This document shows, piece by piece, positions 1 to 9,197 of a stretch of DNA of 36,355 nucleotides (position 1 is its first letter; the number at the start of each line of letters is the position of its first letter). The notes under the pieces are model-generated. The model saw nothing but the letters and a program-made list of their open reading frames with translations. It made no database searches and was not told where the DNA came from. The position numbers and the translations under genes were made by a program. The stretch lies in the IMG/VR virus record IMGVR_UViG_3300022876_000012, positions 1 through 36,355 of that record. One strand, given 5' to 3'. The DNA is from a virus (lineage: Duplodnaviria; Caudoviricetes).

Positions 1-437
1 GTTTTGGTGTGGGCGATCCCCACCCCAACCGGGATGCCTGTGCAGCGAAGCACTTGGCTGCGGATCTTCCTGCCGAGCGCATCCCGGCCATCAACGCCGG
101 TCATGTCGGCAAAGGCTTCGTCAATGCTGTAGACCTCGACGGCGGGCACCATCGATTCAATGAGCGTCATGACCCGCTCACTCATGTCGCCGTAGAGGGC
201 GTAATTCGACGAGAACGAGACGATGCCGTGCTTGTGCAGCTTGTGCTTGATCTGAAAATACGGTTCGCCCATTTTCACATAGGGCTTGGCGTCGTAACTG
301 CGGGCGATCACGCAGCCGTCGTTGTTGCTCAGCACCACAATGGGCACGCGCGCCAGGTCGGGTCGAAACACGCGCTCGCAACTGGCATAAAAGCTGTTGC
401 AGTCGACTAGGGCGAAAACTGGCTGGGGTTTAGACAT
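1..437 (-). CDS. umuC: Y-family DNA polymerase V catalytic subunit UmuC/RulB (5' part; runs off the window)
   Basis: Manual translation from ATG at 437: MSKPQPVFALVDCNSFYASCERVFRPDL...VVLSNNDGCVIARS...SSNYALYGDMS...YSIDEAF. These are the UmuC motifs; the start overlaps the umuD stop. Confidence 0.95.
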   Translation of the reverse strand, partial: MSKPQPVFALVDCNSFYASCERVFRPDLARVPIVVLSNNDGCVIARSYDAKPYVKMGEPYFQIKHKLHKHGIVSFSSNYALYGDMSERVMTLIESMVPAVEVYSIDEAFADMTGVDGRDALGRKIRSQVLRCTGIPVGVGIAHTK

Positions 438-855
438 GGCTGCGCACACTGCATGTAATGACGCCCCATATCACCAGCTCATCGCCCTCAAGCACGTACC
501 TAGGTGGATACTTTGGGTTCTCCGACAGGAGAATCACCTCCTTGCCACGAATGCAAAGCCGCTTGCATACGGGCTCGTTGTTCAGCAGCGCTACGACGAT
601 GTTACCGTGTGCAGGCTCCAGAGCCCGGTCCACCACCGCGAGGTCGCCTTCAAAAATACCGGCGCCTTGCATGCTCTCTCCAGCGATTGAGACCAGATAG
701 ACATGCGGGGCGCGAATGTTCAGAACCTCATCCAATGAGATGTGCGCTTCGATGTGGTCCGCTGCTGGAGATGGAAACCCGGCGGGCACTCGAAACGAAC
801 ACAAGGGCAGCTTCAAGCCACCCTCGGCAATAGGGCCTAGAATTGAAAAGCTCAT
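430..855 (-). CDS. umuD: UmuD/RulA, S24 self-cleaving DNA polymerase V subunit
   Basis: VPAGFPSPA (Ala-Gly cleavage site), GESM (catalytic Ser), VCKRL (catalytic Lys). Start placed at ATG 855 (MSFSILG), downstream of the SOS box. Confidence 0.93.
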   Translation of the reverse strand: MSFSILGPIAEGGLKLPLCSFRVPAGFPSPAADHIEAHISLDEVLNIRAPHVYLVSIAGESMQGAGIFEGDLAVVDRALEPAHGNIVVALLNNEPVCKRLCIRGKEVILLSENPKYPPRYVLEGDELVIWGVITCSVRSHV

Positions 856-873
856 GACGCACGTTCCAAAATA

Positions 874-889
874 CTGTACAGACATACAG
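874..889. promoter_or_regulatory. LexA (SOS) box upstream of umuD
   Basis: CTGTACAGACATACAG matches CTGT-N8-ACAG, 19 bp upstream of the umuD ATG. Confidence 0.9.
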
Positions 890-1095
890 TTAACTTTGTA
901 CAAGGTTGACGGTCAATTTTGTATAGGAAAAATCTGACAGGCGGGGGCTCTGCTAATGCCGGAGGCAGAGCGGTATCAGGGCGTCGAGCGGAAGCAACCT
1001 TGGTGCCAAAGAGCGTCGGGATCGTCTATATTGTCGCTAGGCCAAAGCTTCGGAACTCGACAAGCACATATTCAAACATTGAAGGAATAACAGTT

Positions 1096-2064
1096 ATGCC
1101 AGAATATGCGTTTCTTGATGACGACGGGAGATTTGGGGCTATATGGTACGACGACGGAAGCGATATAACAGTTTTTCTACCTCACGCTGACCAAGAAATA
1201 CAAAAAAGCTCCTTAGAGTTCTGGCGTGAACGTTATGAATATGTAGGAAAACCCGAGGACAAACTATCATTCCCTCCTGAAATACATGCTGCCGCTTTAG
1301 CTGCCAGCTTGGTAAACTCATACATTAATATGAGCACTATAAAACCCCTCGTACGGCCTCGTGGTAGTTTTCACCCAAGAGTATGGCGGGGAATACCACC
1401 AAAGCATATGCTTGACGAAGGGTATAACGGCCTACCTCGCGACCCGACTGAAGATCACATTTATTTAGAAAGCACTCTTGCTGCCTCAAGCTTACTGGAA
1501 GAATTAACAGGGCTTTTCCGTACAATAACACCGGCACCTGCAAACGATACAGCTTATGGGCATCGAGTCCGAGAGCTGCTGATTCTTGCGTGCACAGAGG
1601 TGGAGGCCGCGTGGAGGGGCATATACACGGCAAACCGCACATCAACAAAGAACTCATATTCAACAAAAGAATACGTAAAACTAATGCCTTTATTGAAACT
1701 CGACGAATGGGTTGTGCGTTTGAAAGACCATCCCAGTTATCCTGACATCACGCCATTCATCGGATGGGACGACGCGGATGGAATGACGACTAAAAGCTTG
1801 TCATGGTACGCCGACTACAACGCCATAAAGCACAACAGAGAGAATGAATTCCCGAAGGCTTCAATGGGGTCACTGATCAAAGCCATGGCTGCGGTTCATG
1901 TTCTTCAAATTGCTCAATGGGGACCAGAGCTTTTTCAAAGATTTCACGGCAATCGATACTCTGCTTTTGAAACCTTCAAGACTCCTATATATGGACCAGA
2001 AGAACAATACATCGTACCGTCGGTGGGACTTTATCCAAAAATCAAAACGCCATTCTTCGGATAG
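1096..2064 (+). CDS. AT-rich moron, hypothetical protein with a possible HEPN-like helical domain
   Basis: AAGGAA RBS before ATG 1096 (MPEYAF); 322 aa; motifs ELLILACTEVE and WYADYNAIKHNR; convergent with the portal gene. Confidence 0.75.
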   Translation: MPEYAFLDDDGRFGAIWYDDGSDITVFLPHADQEIQKSSLEFWRERYEYVGKPEDKLSFPPEIHAAALAASLVNSYINMSTIKPLVRPRGSFHPRVWRGIPPKHMLDEGYNGLPRDPTEDHIYLESTLAASSLLEELTGLFRTITPAPANDTAYGHRVRELLILACTEVEAAWRGIYTANRTSTKNSYSTKEYVKLMPLLKLDEWVVRLKDHPSYPDITPFIGWDDADGMTTKSLSWYADYNAIKHNRENEFPKASMGSLIKAMAAVHVLQIAQWGPELFQRFHGNRYSAFETFKTPIYGPEEQYIVPSVGLYPKIKTPFFG

Positions 2065-2102
2065 TTCAAGTAAACGACGCCATATGATCACGAGCGGCCA
2101 AG

Positions 2103-3128
2103 CTACTGCTCTTGCTTGCCAGTCACATAATCCCGGAACCTCATCACTTCCTCTCCCAGCCAATCGTTTAGTTGTGACATACGCGTCTGAATGGGCTCCA
2201 GCTCGTTTGCTGCGTAGATCTGTGCCGCCTCCCTTATGGACCCGAACCCACCCGCGTTCTGGGGCACGATGCCCATTAGCTGCGGAGGTATGCGCAGGCT
2301 TGCGAGCACGTCGTCACGGGTCTGATTTTTAATCGAATTGAATTCATCCTTCGCCGCTACTTCACTGACCGGAATTAGCTGAATACCGTCCTTCTTGCCA
2401 GTGGGAGAATAGACAAACAAGTTCCGAAAATTCCCCGGCCCCTTCGACTCCTTCAAAGCTTTACGCAAAGCGTCGATATCAGCCTCAGTCTGTGCCGCGT
2501 CGGTCATATACAGGATGAAACCCGCGTGACTCCCGTTCTCGTAATACTTGCGCCGAAACAACGTCGCCGACTCATTCAGCAATGCCGACTGCAACGCACT
2601 GATCCACTCCGGCAGCCCATAAATCTCCTGGTGCAAATCCGCCTCGCGCAGGTGGAAGATGCTCCCCGGCTCAAACGCGTGCTCGTTCTTCCAGCTCTGC
2701 ACTTGGTAGAACTGCCCCTCCGGCCCAACCCGCATGTACTTCGCCAACGAGGGCATCAGTTGCCTGGTGCTGCCGAGCACCGAACGGCGCTTTTCCAGAT
2801 AGCCATTGCCTAAGCACAGAAAATCTAGGGCGAACTGTTCAAAAGCCACACGGGACAGCATCGGATGCGGGATAAACGTCTTGCTCAACAGGTTCCGCTT
2901 GAACATCAATCCCGAATGCAGATGCACGCTCGCCCCCACCGATCGAGCCAACCCGTCCAGCGAAAGCGGCGGCTCATACCACCGCCCGTTGAACCAGCAC
3001 TCCAAGTAATCGAAAACATCCCGACCACCCAGCACGGGCGTCGGCTCACCGAAGGAAAACACCTGAGTTCCAGCGCCAGTGGCGGGTGTCGTCGCGGGCA
3101 ATGTCTGGCTGGCGAGTTGTTCGGTCAT
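2103..3128 (-). CDS. Q: Portal protein (P2 gpQ/PBSX family)
   Basis: FSFGEP, WYEPP, QEIYGLPEW, RRKYYENGSHAGFI, KGPGNFRNLF motifs; position next to terminase. Confidence 0.95.
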   Translation of the reverse strand: MTEQLASQTLPATTPATGAGTQVFSFGEPTPVLGGRDVFDYLECWFNGRWYEPPLSLDGLARSVGASVHLHSGLMFKRNLLSKTFIPHPMLSRVAFEQFALDFLCLGNGYLEKRRSVLGSTRQLMPSLAKYMRVGPEGQFYQVQSWKNEHAFEPGSIFHLREADLHQEIYGLPEWISALQSALLNESATLFRRKYYENGSHAGFILYMTDAAQTEADIDALRKALKESKGPGNFRNLFVYSPTGKKDGIQLIPVSEVAAKDEFNSIKNQTRDDVLASLRIPPQLMGIVPQNAGGFGSIREAAQIYAANELEPIQTRMSQLNDWLGEEVMRFRDYVTGKQEQ

Positions 3129-4885
3129 CAGTAAATCTCCATGCGCCCGGTGTTGGCAGTGGTCTGCCCCTCAAGCGGTTCGTGGTGCAATGCGTGGAAG
3201 AGCGCCCAGGCCAGGTCGGCGTGGCCGGTGTTGTCGTTGCGGCCGGCGGTGTAGGTGTACTGGCGCCCGCCGGCGGTGACGGTTTTGCGGATCGCCATCA
3301 GCGACTGGGCCATGTCGGTCCAGCCCGCATCGAATTCGAGCCGGCCTTTGTGAATTACGTCGTAGGCCTTGAGCACCAGACGGGTTTTGACTTCGGGCGA
3401 GTAGCTGAAGGTGGTCACGGCCGGGAAGAACTGGCGCACCAGCTGTGCCACGCCACTGCCCAGGCCGGTCACGTCGATACCGATGTAGGTCACCCAGTAG
3501 CGATCGCAAACGCTCTTGATGAATGCGGCCTGCGCGGCGAAGTCCATGCCCCGGAATTGGTGGCGTTCGAGGATGCGGAATTTGCCACCCGGAACCAGCG
3601 GCGGCGCAACCACCACCATGCCGGAACAGTCGCCCGTCTCGGCCGGGTCGTAGCCAATCCAGACTTGTCGATCGCCAAACGGGCGCATGGCAAAGGGTTT
3701 GTAGTCCTCGTTCCATTCGACCCAACTGTCCACCATGCAGGACTGCAACAGGGTCAGCGGGAAGATGCTCGCGCCGTCGTCGACGAACTCACACATCAGC
3801 AGGTTAGCGAACGCCTCGGGGCTGTATTCGCGGCGCAGTTCTTCGATATCGAACAGGTCACAACCGCCCCGCTCCGCATCCAGAATCGTGACGATCTGCC
3901 GCCACAGCCGATCCTCGCAAAACCGCCCCTGCTGGAGCGCGCCGTGGGAAACGTCCACCTTCGTATGCTGCGCGGCCGGCTTGCCCTTGTTGAAGCGCTC
4001 ACCCGTCCAGAACGTGTACGCCTCGTGGGCCATGCTCGACGGCGTGGAAAAGTAGGTCTTGCGCCACTTCTTGTGCATCGCCATGCCCGAGGCGACCTTG
4101 TTCAGTTCCTCGAACTTGAACGTCCAGAAGAACTCGTCGAAGTAGAAATTGCCGTGGTAGCCCTGGGCTGTGCGGGCGTTGGTACCGAGGAAAAACAGCT
4201 CGGCGCCGTTGGGCAACACGATGGGGTCACCGGTCAGTTCAACGCCGATCACCTCGCGGCAAAACGCCTGAATGTAGCCCCGGAACAGGTAGGCCTGGTT
4301 CTTCGAGGCCGACAGGAAAATCTGGTTGCGCCCGGTGTCCAGCGCATCGATGAACGCCTCGCGGGCGAAGTAGTAAGTTGCACCGATCTGCCGGCTCTTG
4401 AGAATGACGCGGGTGCGCTGATTGCCGGCGCGGTACCAGTCTTTCTGATAGTCAAAACAGCCATCGATAAACGCTTCGCGCAGCAGCTCGATCTGGTCTT
4501 CATCAATCTCGTTTTTGACGGCCTTTTTCTTCGGCTCGGCGTTGCGTTTCGCCAGGTTCGGATTGAGGTCGGTTTCAGTACCGCCACCCTGAAAGCGCTG
4601 GATCCGCGCCTGGCGCTCCAACTGCCGGTGCAGCAGGTCGATCTCTTTGAAGTCGCCGCCGCTCTTGTTGTCCTTCAGGATCAATTGCACCAGCCGCGCT
4701 TCCAACGCCCCGCCAATTCGCTCGACGTTGTCGGCCCGGTCCCACTCGTCGCGGGCCTTCCAGCTGTGTAGCGTTTTTTCCTTTTCGCCCGTAGCCTCGG
4801 CAATCTCGCAGATGCGCCAACCCATCCAGTAGAGAAACTTGGATTGGCGGCGGGGATCGATGGGCAGCAGTGCGGTCGTAGTCAT
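3128..4885 (-). CDS. P: Terminase ATPase (large) subunit, P2 gpP
   Basis: LKSRQIGAT (Walker A variant), FYFDEFFW (Walker B), IGYDPA nuclease motif, HADLAWA. Confidence 0.96.
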   Translation of the reverse strand: MTTTALLPIDPRRQSKFLYWMGWRICEIAEATGEKEKTLHSWKARDEWDRADNVERIGGALEARLVQLILKDNKSGGDFKEIDLLHRQLERQARIQRFQGGGTETDLNPNLAKRNAEPKKKAVKNEIDEDQIELLREAFIDGCFDYQKDWYRAGNQRTRVILKSRQIGATYYFAREAFIDALDTGRNQIFLSASKNQAYLFRGYIQAFCREVIGVELTGDPIVLPNGAELFFLGTNARTAQGYHGNFYFDEFFWTFKFEELNKVASGMAMHKKWRKTYFSTPSSMAHEAYTFWTGERFNKGKPAAQHTKVDVSHGALQQGRFCEDRLWRQIVTILDAERGGCDLFDIEELRREYSPEAFANLLMCEFVDDGASIFPLTLLQSCMVDSWVEWNEDYKPFAMRPFGDRQVWIGYDPAETGDCSGMVVVAPPLVPGGKFRILERHQFRGMDFAAQAAFIKSVCDRYWVTYIGIDVTGLGSGVAQLVRQFFPAVTTFSYSPEVKTRLVLKAYDVIHKGRLEFDAGWTDMAQSLMAIRKTVTAGGRQYTYTAGRNDNTGHADLAWALFHALHHEPLEGQTTANTGRMEIY

Positions 4886-4932
4886 GGCCGCGATGCTGCC
4901 GCCCGCGACCGCGACTCAATAGCACCGCCCCT

Positions 4933-4951
4933 TGTAGCCCCCGCCCTTACA
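4933..4951. promoter_or_regulatory. Ogr-family late activator dyad serving the divergent P and O promoters
   Basis: TGTAG-N9-TTACA; -10-like hexamers start 35 nt away on both sides (GACCAT 4986-4991 on +; CAGCAT 4898-4893 on -). The same motif recurs before V and FI. Confidence 0.7.
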
Positions 4952-5054
4952 GTCCCGCCTCGTTGCCGCAACTCGCGCGCGTCACGACCATGCCCCTCAT
5001 CGCAACGCACTGCTCAGCCAACAGCAGGCGCCCCAAGCAATGAGGATTCCCGGC

Positions 5055-5885
5055 ATGAAGAAATTTCGCAGCAACTGGTTCCGCGTCGCCGTCGAGGGCG
5101 CTACCTCGGACAAGCGCACCATCAAACGCAGCTGGCTGGAGCAAGCCGCGAAGAACTTCAACCCCGCCACCTACGGCGCGCGCATTTGGTTGGAGCATTT
5201 CCGCAGCCTGCTGCCTGACAGCCCGTTCAAGGCCTACGGCGATGTGCTGGCCGTGAAAACCGAAGAAGTGGACGTGAATGGCCAGAAAAAACTGGCCCTG
5301 TTCGCGCAGGTCGAGCCGACCGCCGACCTGATCGCCATGAACAAGGCGAAACAGAAGATCTACACGTCCATCGAAATTGACGACAGCTTCGCCGATACCG
5401 GCGAGGCCTACATCGTCGGTCTGGCGGTCACCGATTCACCGGCCAGCCTCGGTACCGACGTCCTGGCGTTCTCCGCCCAAAAACCTGACGTCAGCCCGTT
5501 CAAGGATCGCCACTACTCCGCGACCTCGATGTTTACCGAGGCGCTGGAGACCGAACTGACCTTCGAGGAAATCGAGGACAAACCGAGCCTCGGCGCCCAG
5601 CTTTTCAGCAAAGTGCAAGCCCTGCTGGGCGGCAAACAGGCCAAGGATGACGCCGAGTTCTCGCAGATCAGTGAGGCCGTCGAAGCCGTGGCCGTGCACG
5701 TCAAAGATTTGCCCGACCAACTCGCCGCCGAGAAGAAATTCTCCGCAGGCCTGAGCACCAAGCTTGATCAACTGAGCAAGGACTTCACCGAGTTGAAGAC
5801 CAAGCTCTCCACCACCCAGGACCACAGCCAAAAGACGCGCCCTCCGGTAACCGGTGGCGATAACTCGGTCGTGACCGACTGCTGA
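5055..5885 (+). CDS. O: Capsid scaffolding protein, P2 gpO
   Basis: WFRVAVEGATSDKRTI, YGARIWLEH, KIYTSIE, GLAVTDSPASLGT, C-terminal TDC. Confidence 0.95.
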   Translation: MKKFRSNWFRVAVEGATSDKRTIKRSWLEQAAKNFNPATYGARIWLEHFRSLLPDSPFKAYGDVLAVKTEEVDVNGQKKLALFAQVEPTADLIAMNKAKQKIYTSIEIDDSFADTGEAYIVGLAVTDSPASLGTDVLAFSAQKPDVSPFKDRHYSATSMFTEALETELTFEEIEDKPSLGAQLFSKVQALLGGKQAKDDAEFSQISEAVEAVAVHVKDLPDQLAAEKKFSAGLSTKLDQLSKDFTELKTKLSTTQDHSQKTRPPVTGGDNSVVTDC

Positions 5886-5928
5886 CAGTCAGCCCCACCA
5901 AAGCCCCGAATAACGAAGGACGACCAAC

Positions 5929-6936
5929 ATGCGTAACGACACACGAGTTCTGTTCAACGCTTACCTGCAACAGCTGGCCCAGTTGCACGGCGTGAGCGAC
6001 GTCACTACCAAATTCACCGCCGCACCGAGCGTTGCCCAGACGCTGGAAACGCGTATTCAGGAATCCAGTTCGTTCCTCAGCTCGATCAACATTTACGGCG
6101 TATCCGAGCAGTCCGGCGAGAAAATCGGCATCGGTATCGACGGCACCATTGCCAGCACCACCGACACCACCGTGAAGGATCGCGAACCCCGTGACCCGAG
6201 CAGCCTGGACAATCGCGGGTACACCTGCACGCAAACCAACTTCGACACCGGCCTGCGTTACCAGAAGCTGGATCAGTGGGCAAAGTTCAAAGACTTCCAA
6301 GCGCGTATCCGCGACGCAATCATCAAAGCCCAGGCGCTCAACCGGATCATGATCGGCTGGAACGGTACCAGCCGTGCCGCCACGTCGAACCCGGCCACCA
6401 ACCCGCTGTTGCAGGACGTCAACATCGGTTGGCTGCAAAAAATGCGCACCGAAAACGAAGCCCGCGTCATGGCCGAGGTAGCGGCTGGCAGCGGCAAGAT
6501 CGAAATCGGCGCCGGCAAGGACTTCGAAAACATCGACGCCCTGGTTGTCAGCATGGTCAACGAGTTCATCGATCCCTGGTATCAAGAAGACACTGATCTG
6601 GTGGTCATCTGCGGCCGTCAGCTCTTGGCAGACAAGTACTTCCCGATCATCAACAAGACGCAGGCACCGACTGAGATGCTGGCTGCCGACATCGTCACCA
6701 GCCAAAAACGTCTGGGCAATCTGCCGGCCGTGCGCGTGCCGCACTTCCCGCCCAACGGCCTGCTGGTCACTCGCCTCGATAACCTGTCGATCTACTGGCA
6801 GGAAGGCACCCGCCGCCGCACAGTCGTGGACAACGCCAAGCGTGACCGCATCGAGAACTTCGAATCGGTTAACGAAAGTTATGTGATCGAAGACCTTGGC
6901 TGTGCAGCCATGGCCGAAAACATCACCCTGGCTTGA
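5929..6936 (+). CDS. N: Major capsid protein, P2 gpN
   Basis: MRNDTR, RIMIGWNG, NPLLQDVNIGWLQK, LDNLSIYWQEG, N-E-x-Y-V-I-E-D. Confidence 0.96.
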   Translation: MRNDTRVLFNAYLQQLAQLHGVSDVTTKFTAAPSVAQTLETRIQESSSFLSSINIYGVSEQSGEKIGIGIDGTIASTTDTTVKDREPRDPSSLDNRGYTCTQTNFDTGLRYQKLDQWAKFKDFQARIRDAIIKAQALNRIMIGWNGTSRAATSNPATNPLLQDVNIGWLQKMRTENEARVMAEVAAGSGKIEIGAGKDFENIDALVVSMVNEFIDPWYQEDTDLVVICGRQLLADKYFPIINKTQAPTEMLAADIVTSQKRLGNLPAVRVPHFPPNGLLVTRLDNLSIYWQEGTRRRTVVDNAKRDRIENFESVNESYVIEDLGCAAMAENITLA

Positions 6937-6946
6937 GGCGGCGACC

Positions 6947-7645
6947 ATGACCAATCCTTGCCGTCGTCATTTTCAACGCGTCACTGCCGCCAAGGAGGCG
7001 GCAGCCGTTGAACCCACTCAAACTATGGCGGGCGCCACGGCCTATGAGCATCAGTTGAACCAACTGCTGCAAGACCGCCTTCGCCTGAAACAGGTGCAAT
7101 CAAACCAGGGCAAAGCAGAACTCAAACGTCAGCTGCTGCCCGAATACATCCCCTACGTGCAAGGCGTACTGGACGCCGGCCAAGGCGCTCAAGACGAAGT
7201 ACTGACCACCATCATGGTCTGGCGCTTCGATGCCGGCGACTTCACCGGCGGCCTCGACATCGCCCAGTACGTACTGCAACACAAGATGGTCATGCCAGAT
7301 CGCTTCGCCCGCACGCTGGGCTGTCTGGTCGCCGAAGAAGTCGCGACCGCCGCGTTCAAAGCGCAGAAAGTCGGTGAACCGTTCGACCTGGCCATCCTGC
7401 ACCGCACCGCTGAGCTGACCGACGCCGAAGACATGCCCGACCAGGCACGCGCCAAGCTGTTTCTCGCCATGGGCCGCGCAACCTTGGAAGGCATTACCGA
7501 CGAAAAGCCCGGCCAACCCGGCCAGGTGCAGGCCGGCATCGACCTGCTGAAAAAAGCCATCGACCTGCACGACGCCTGCGGTGGCAAAAAGGATCTGGAG
7601 CGGGCCGAACGCCTGCTCAACAAACTCGCTGCCGCAGGCAGCTAA
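6947..7645 (+). CDS. M: Terminase small (endonuclease) subunit, P2 gpM
   Basis: RLKQVQS..KAELKRQLLP.Y, MVWRFDAGD, DMPDQARAKL, GGKKDLER; follows N. Confidence 0.93.
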   Translation: MTNPCRRHFQRVTAAKEAAAVEPTQTMAGATAYEHQLNQLLQDRLRLKQVQSNQGKAELKRQLLPEYIPYVQGVLDAGQGAQDEVLTTIMVWRFDAGDFTGGLDIAQYVLQHKMVMPDRFARTLGCLVAEEVATAAFKAQKVGEPFDLAILHRTAELTDAEDMPDQARAKLFLAMGRATLEGITDEKPGQPGQVQAGIDLLKKAIDLHDACGGKKDLERAERLLNKLAAAGS

Positions 7646-7749
7646 CCGAGCGTCCCCACGCACCCCGCCGGCTCGGGGCGGATCGGCCAGGCCGCTCCTC
7701 CTGAACGTGAAGCCCCGACCACCGGCGACTTACAACAGAGCGCAGATTC

Positions 7750-8220
7750 ATGAGCGGATTCGTAGCGGGCGGCAGCACTACTCCGGCCCCCAGCGGCCAC
7801 ATCAACACCGACCCCTTCTGGCCATCGATCGACCTCGACGACGTGCGCGGCACTTTGCGCATCGACTCCAGCGTCACGCCGATCCGTCTGGAAACAGCGA
7901 CCATCGCCGCCGCCATCAGCGTGAACCGCGAGTTCGCCGCATGGCGCCGCGCCAAACAAGCCGAAGGCTACGACACGCTTGCGGACATACCGGCCGAGCA
8001 GATCGAGGACAAGTCCGAACTCGTTCACCTCTACCAGCGAGCGATCTACGCCGCGACCGGTGCCGAGATCTGCGAGCGCTACCGCTCCTACGACAGCACC
8101 AACAGTGGCAACCAGAACGCCGAGGAACTGACCCCGAGCATCGACGAACTGCGGCGCGACCAGCGTTGGGCCGTTCGCGACTTCCTCGGCCTCGGCCGCA
8201 CCACCGTGGAGTTGATCTGA
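7750..8220 (+). CDS. L: Head completion/stabilization protein, P2 gpL
   Basis: FWPSID, YQRAIY, ERYRSYDST, RRDQRWAVRD..G..RTTVELI. Confidence 0.93.
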   Translation: MSGFVAGGSTTPAPSGHINTDPFWPSIDLDDVRGTLRIDSSVTPIRLETATIAAAISVNREFAAWRRAKQAEGYDTLADIPAEQIEDKSELVHLYQRAIYAATGAEICERYRSYDSTNSGNQNAEELTPSIDELRRDQRWAVRDFLGLGRTTVELI

Positions 8221-8432
8221 TGGCCGTCAGCATTCGTGCCCAGCAGAGCGACACCGTCGATTCCCTGTGCTGGCGCCACTACGGCCGCACCGCCGGTGTG
8301 ACCGAAGCAGTACTCGACGCCAACCCAGGACTCGCCGACCACGGCCCGACCTTGCCGCAAGGCCTCTTGGTGCAAATGCCAGAAGCCCAAGCCGCCGCCC
8401 CGCAACGGCAGATGGTGAACCTATGGGACTGA
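8220..8432 (+). CDS. X: Tail protein X (P2 gpX)
   Basis: MAVSIRAQQSDTVDSLCWRHYGRT..VTEAVLDANPGLA...VNLWD; start overlaps the L stop. Confidence 0.93.
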   Translation: MAVSIRAQQSDTVDSLCWRHYGRTAGVTEAVLDANPGLADHGPTLPQGLLVQMPEAQAAAPQRQMVNLWD

Positions 8433-8477
8433 AGCGCCCGCACCACGCCATTGAACCCAACCACTCTGGATCATGGA

Positions 8478-8801
8478 ATGAAACGCATGCCTGACCGTCC
8501 CGACACCTGGGCCTGGCTCGCCGCCTGGCTCGAACAGAACTGGCCCACCCTGTATGCCGGCTTGTTGGCCCTGGTCATCGCGGGCCTTCGCGTCATTTAC
8601 GGTGGCGGGACCTGGCGCCGAATGCTGATCGAAGCGCCGCTGTGCGGTGCCCTCGCCGTTTCCGTCAGCCACGGCCTGTCGCTGCTGGGGATACCCGTCT
8701 CGACCGCACCATTCTTCGGCGGCGCCATCGGCCTGCTGGGAGTCGAAGGTACCCGCGCCGCAGCAAGGAAGTTTTTCACCCGCAAGGTAGAACAGCTATG
8801 A
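8478..8801 (+). CDS. Holin, lambda-S-like, with M-K-R-M dual-start motif
   Basis: Three hydrophobic segments, GGAIGLLGVE motif, basic C-terminus; first gene of the lysis cassette. Confidence 0.85.
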   Translation: MKRMPDRPDTWAWLAAWLEQNWPTLYAGLLALVIAGLRVIYGGGTWRRMLIEAPLCGALAVSVSHGLSLLGIPVSTAPFFGGAIGLLGVEGTRAAARKFFTRKVEQL

Positions 8802-9187
8802 GCGACCTATTTCACCAAGGAGGCAGCATGAAAAGTACGCACGAAACGCTTGTGCAACGAGTCGAGCAACTTGAGAAATTCCGAGCAGAAGTTCTGACAA
8901 TTTGCGAGAGCGGCAAACACCGAATCAAGCACACACAGTTACAGATGTGCAGCTTTCTCGATCGCCTCAAGAGCCAAGCGCTTGAAGCAGAACTTTCCAA
9001 ATGCCCAGACAACTCGGAAGTGCTGCAGATCGAGGCCGACGCCCGCCGCATCTACGAAAATTGGGCAGACAAACCGGGCTTCGTGCCTTGGGAGGCCGGA
9101 GGAAATTCGACCATGCAGGAAGTCGCGAGAGCCGAAGCTCGGCGGCTTTATTCTGAGGCATCCAGCAATAATCTACCCACCTGCTGA
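8798..9187 (+). CDS. Hypothetical protein inserted between holin and endolysin
   Basis: ATGA overlap with the holin stop; alternative start at 8828 behind AAGGAGG; 129 aa; lower GC than neighbours. Confidence 0.7.
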   Translation: MSDLFHQGGSMKSTHETLVQRVEQLEKFRAEVLTICESGKHRIKHTQLQMCSFLDRLKSQALEAELSKCPDNSEVLQIEADARRIYENWADKPGFVPWEAGGNSTMQEVARAEARRLYSEASSNNLPTC

Positions 9188-9197
9188 GGGCCAACGC

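Noticed and set aside
981-999. GGCGTCGAGCGGAAGCAAC as a possible cos site
   Set aside because: Only loosely similar to P2 cos and lacks the G-run and adjacent GCGCGC context.
919-1095. N-terminal extension of the first moron in the ORF track
   Set aside because: The upstream start lacks an RBS; ATG 1096 has AAGGAA and begins protein-like sequence.
3086-4771. 561-aa ORF antisense to terminase, and similar long antisense ORFs (5785-6954, 18160-19350, 29811-30845)
   Set aside because: Shadow ORFs expected opposite GC-rich genes; no motifs or RBS.
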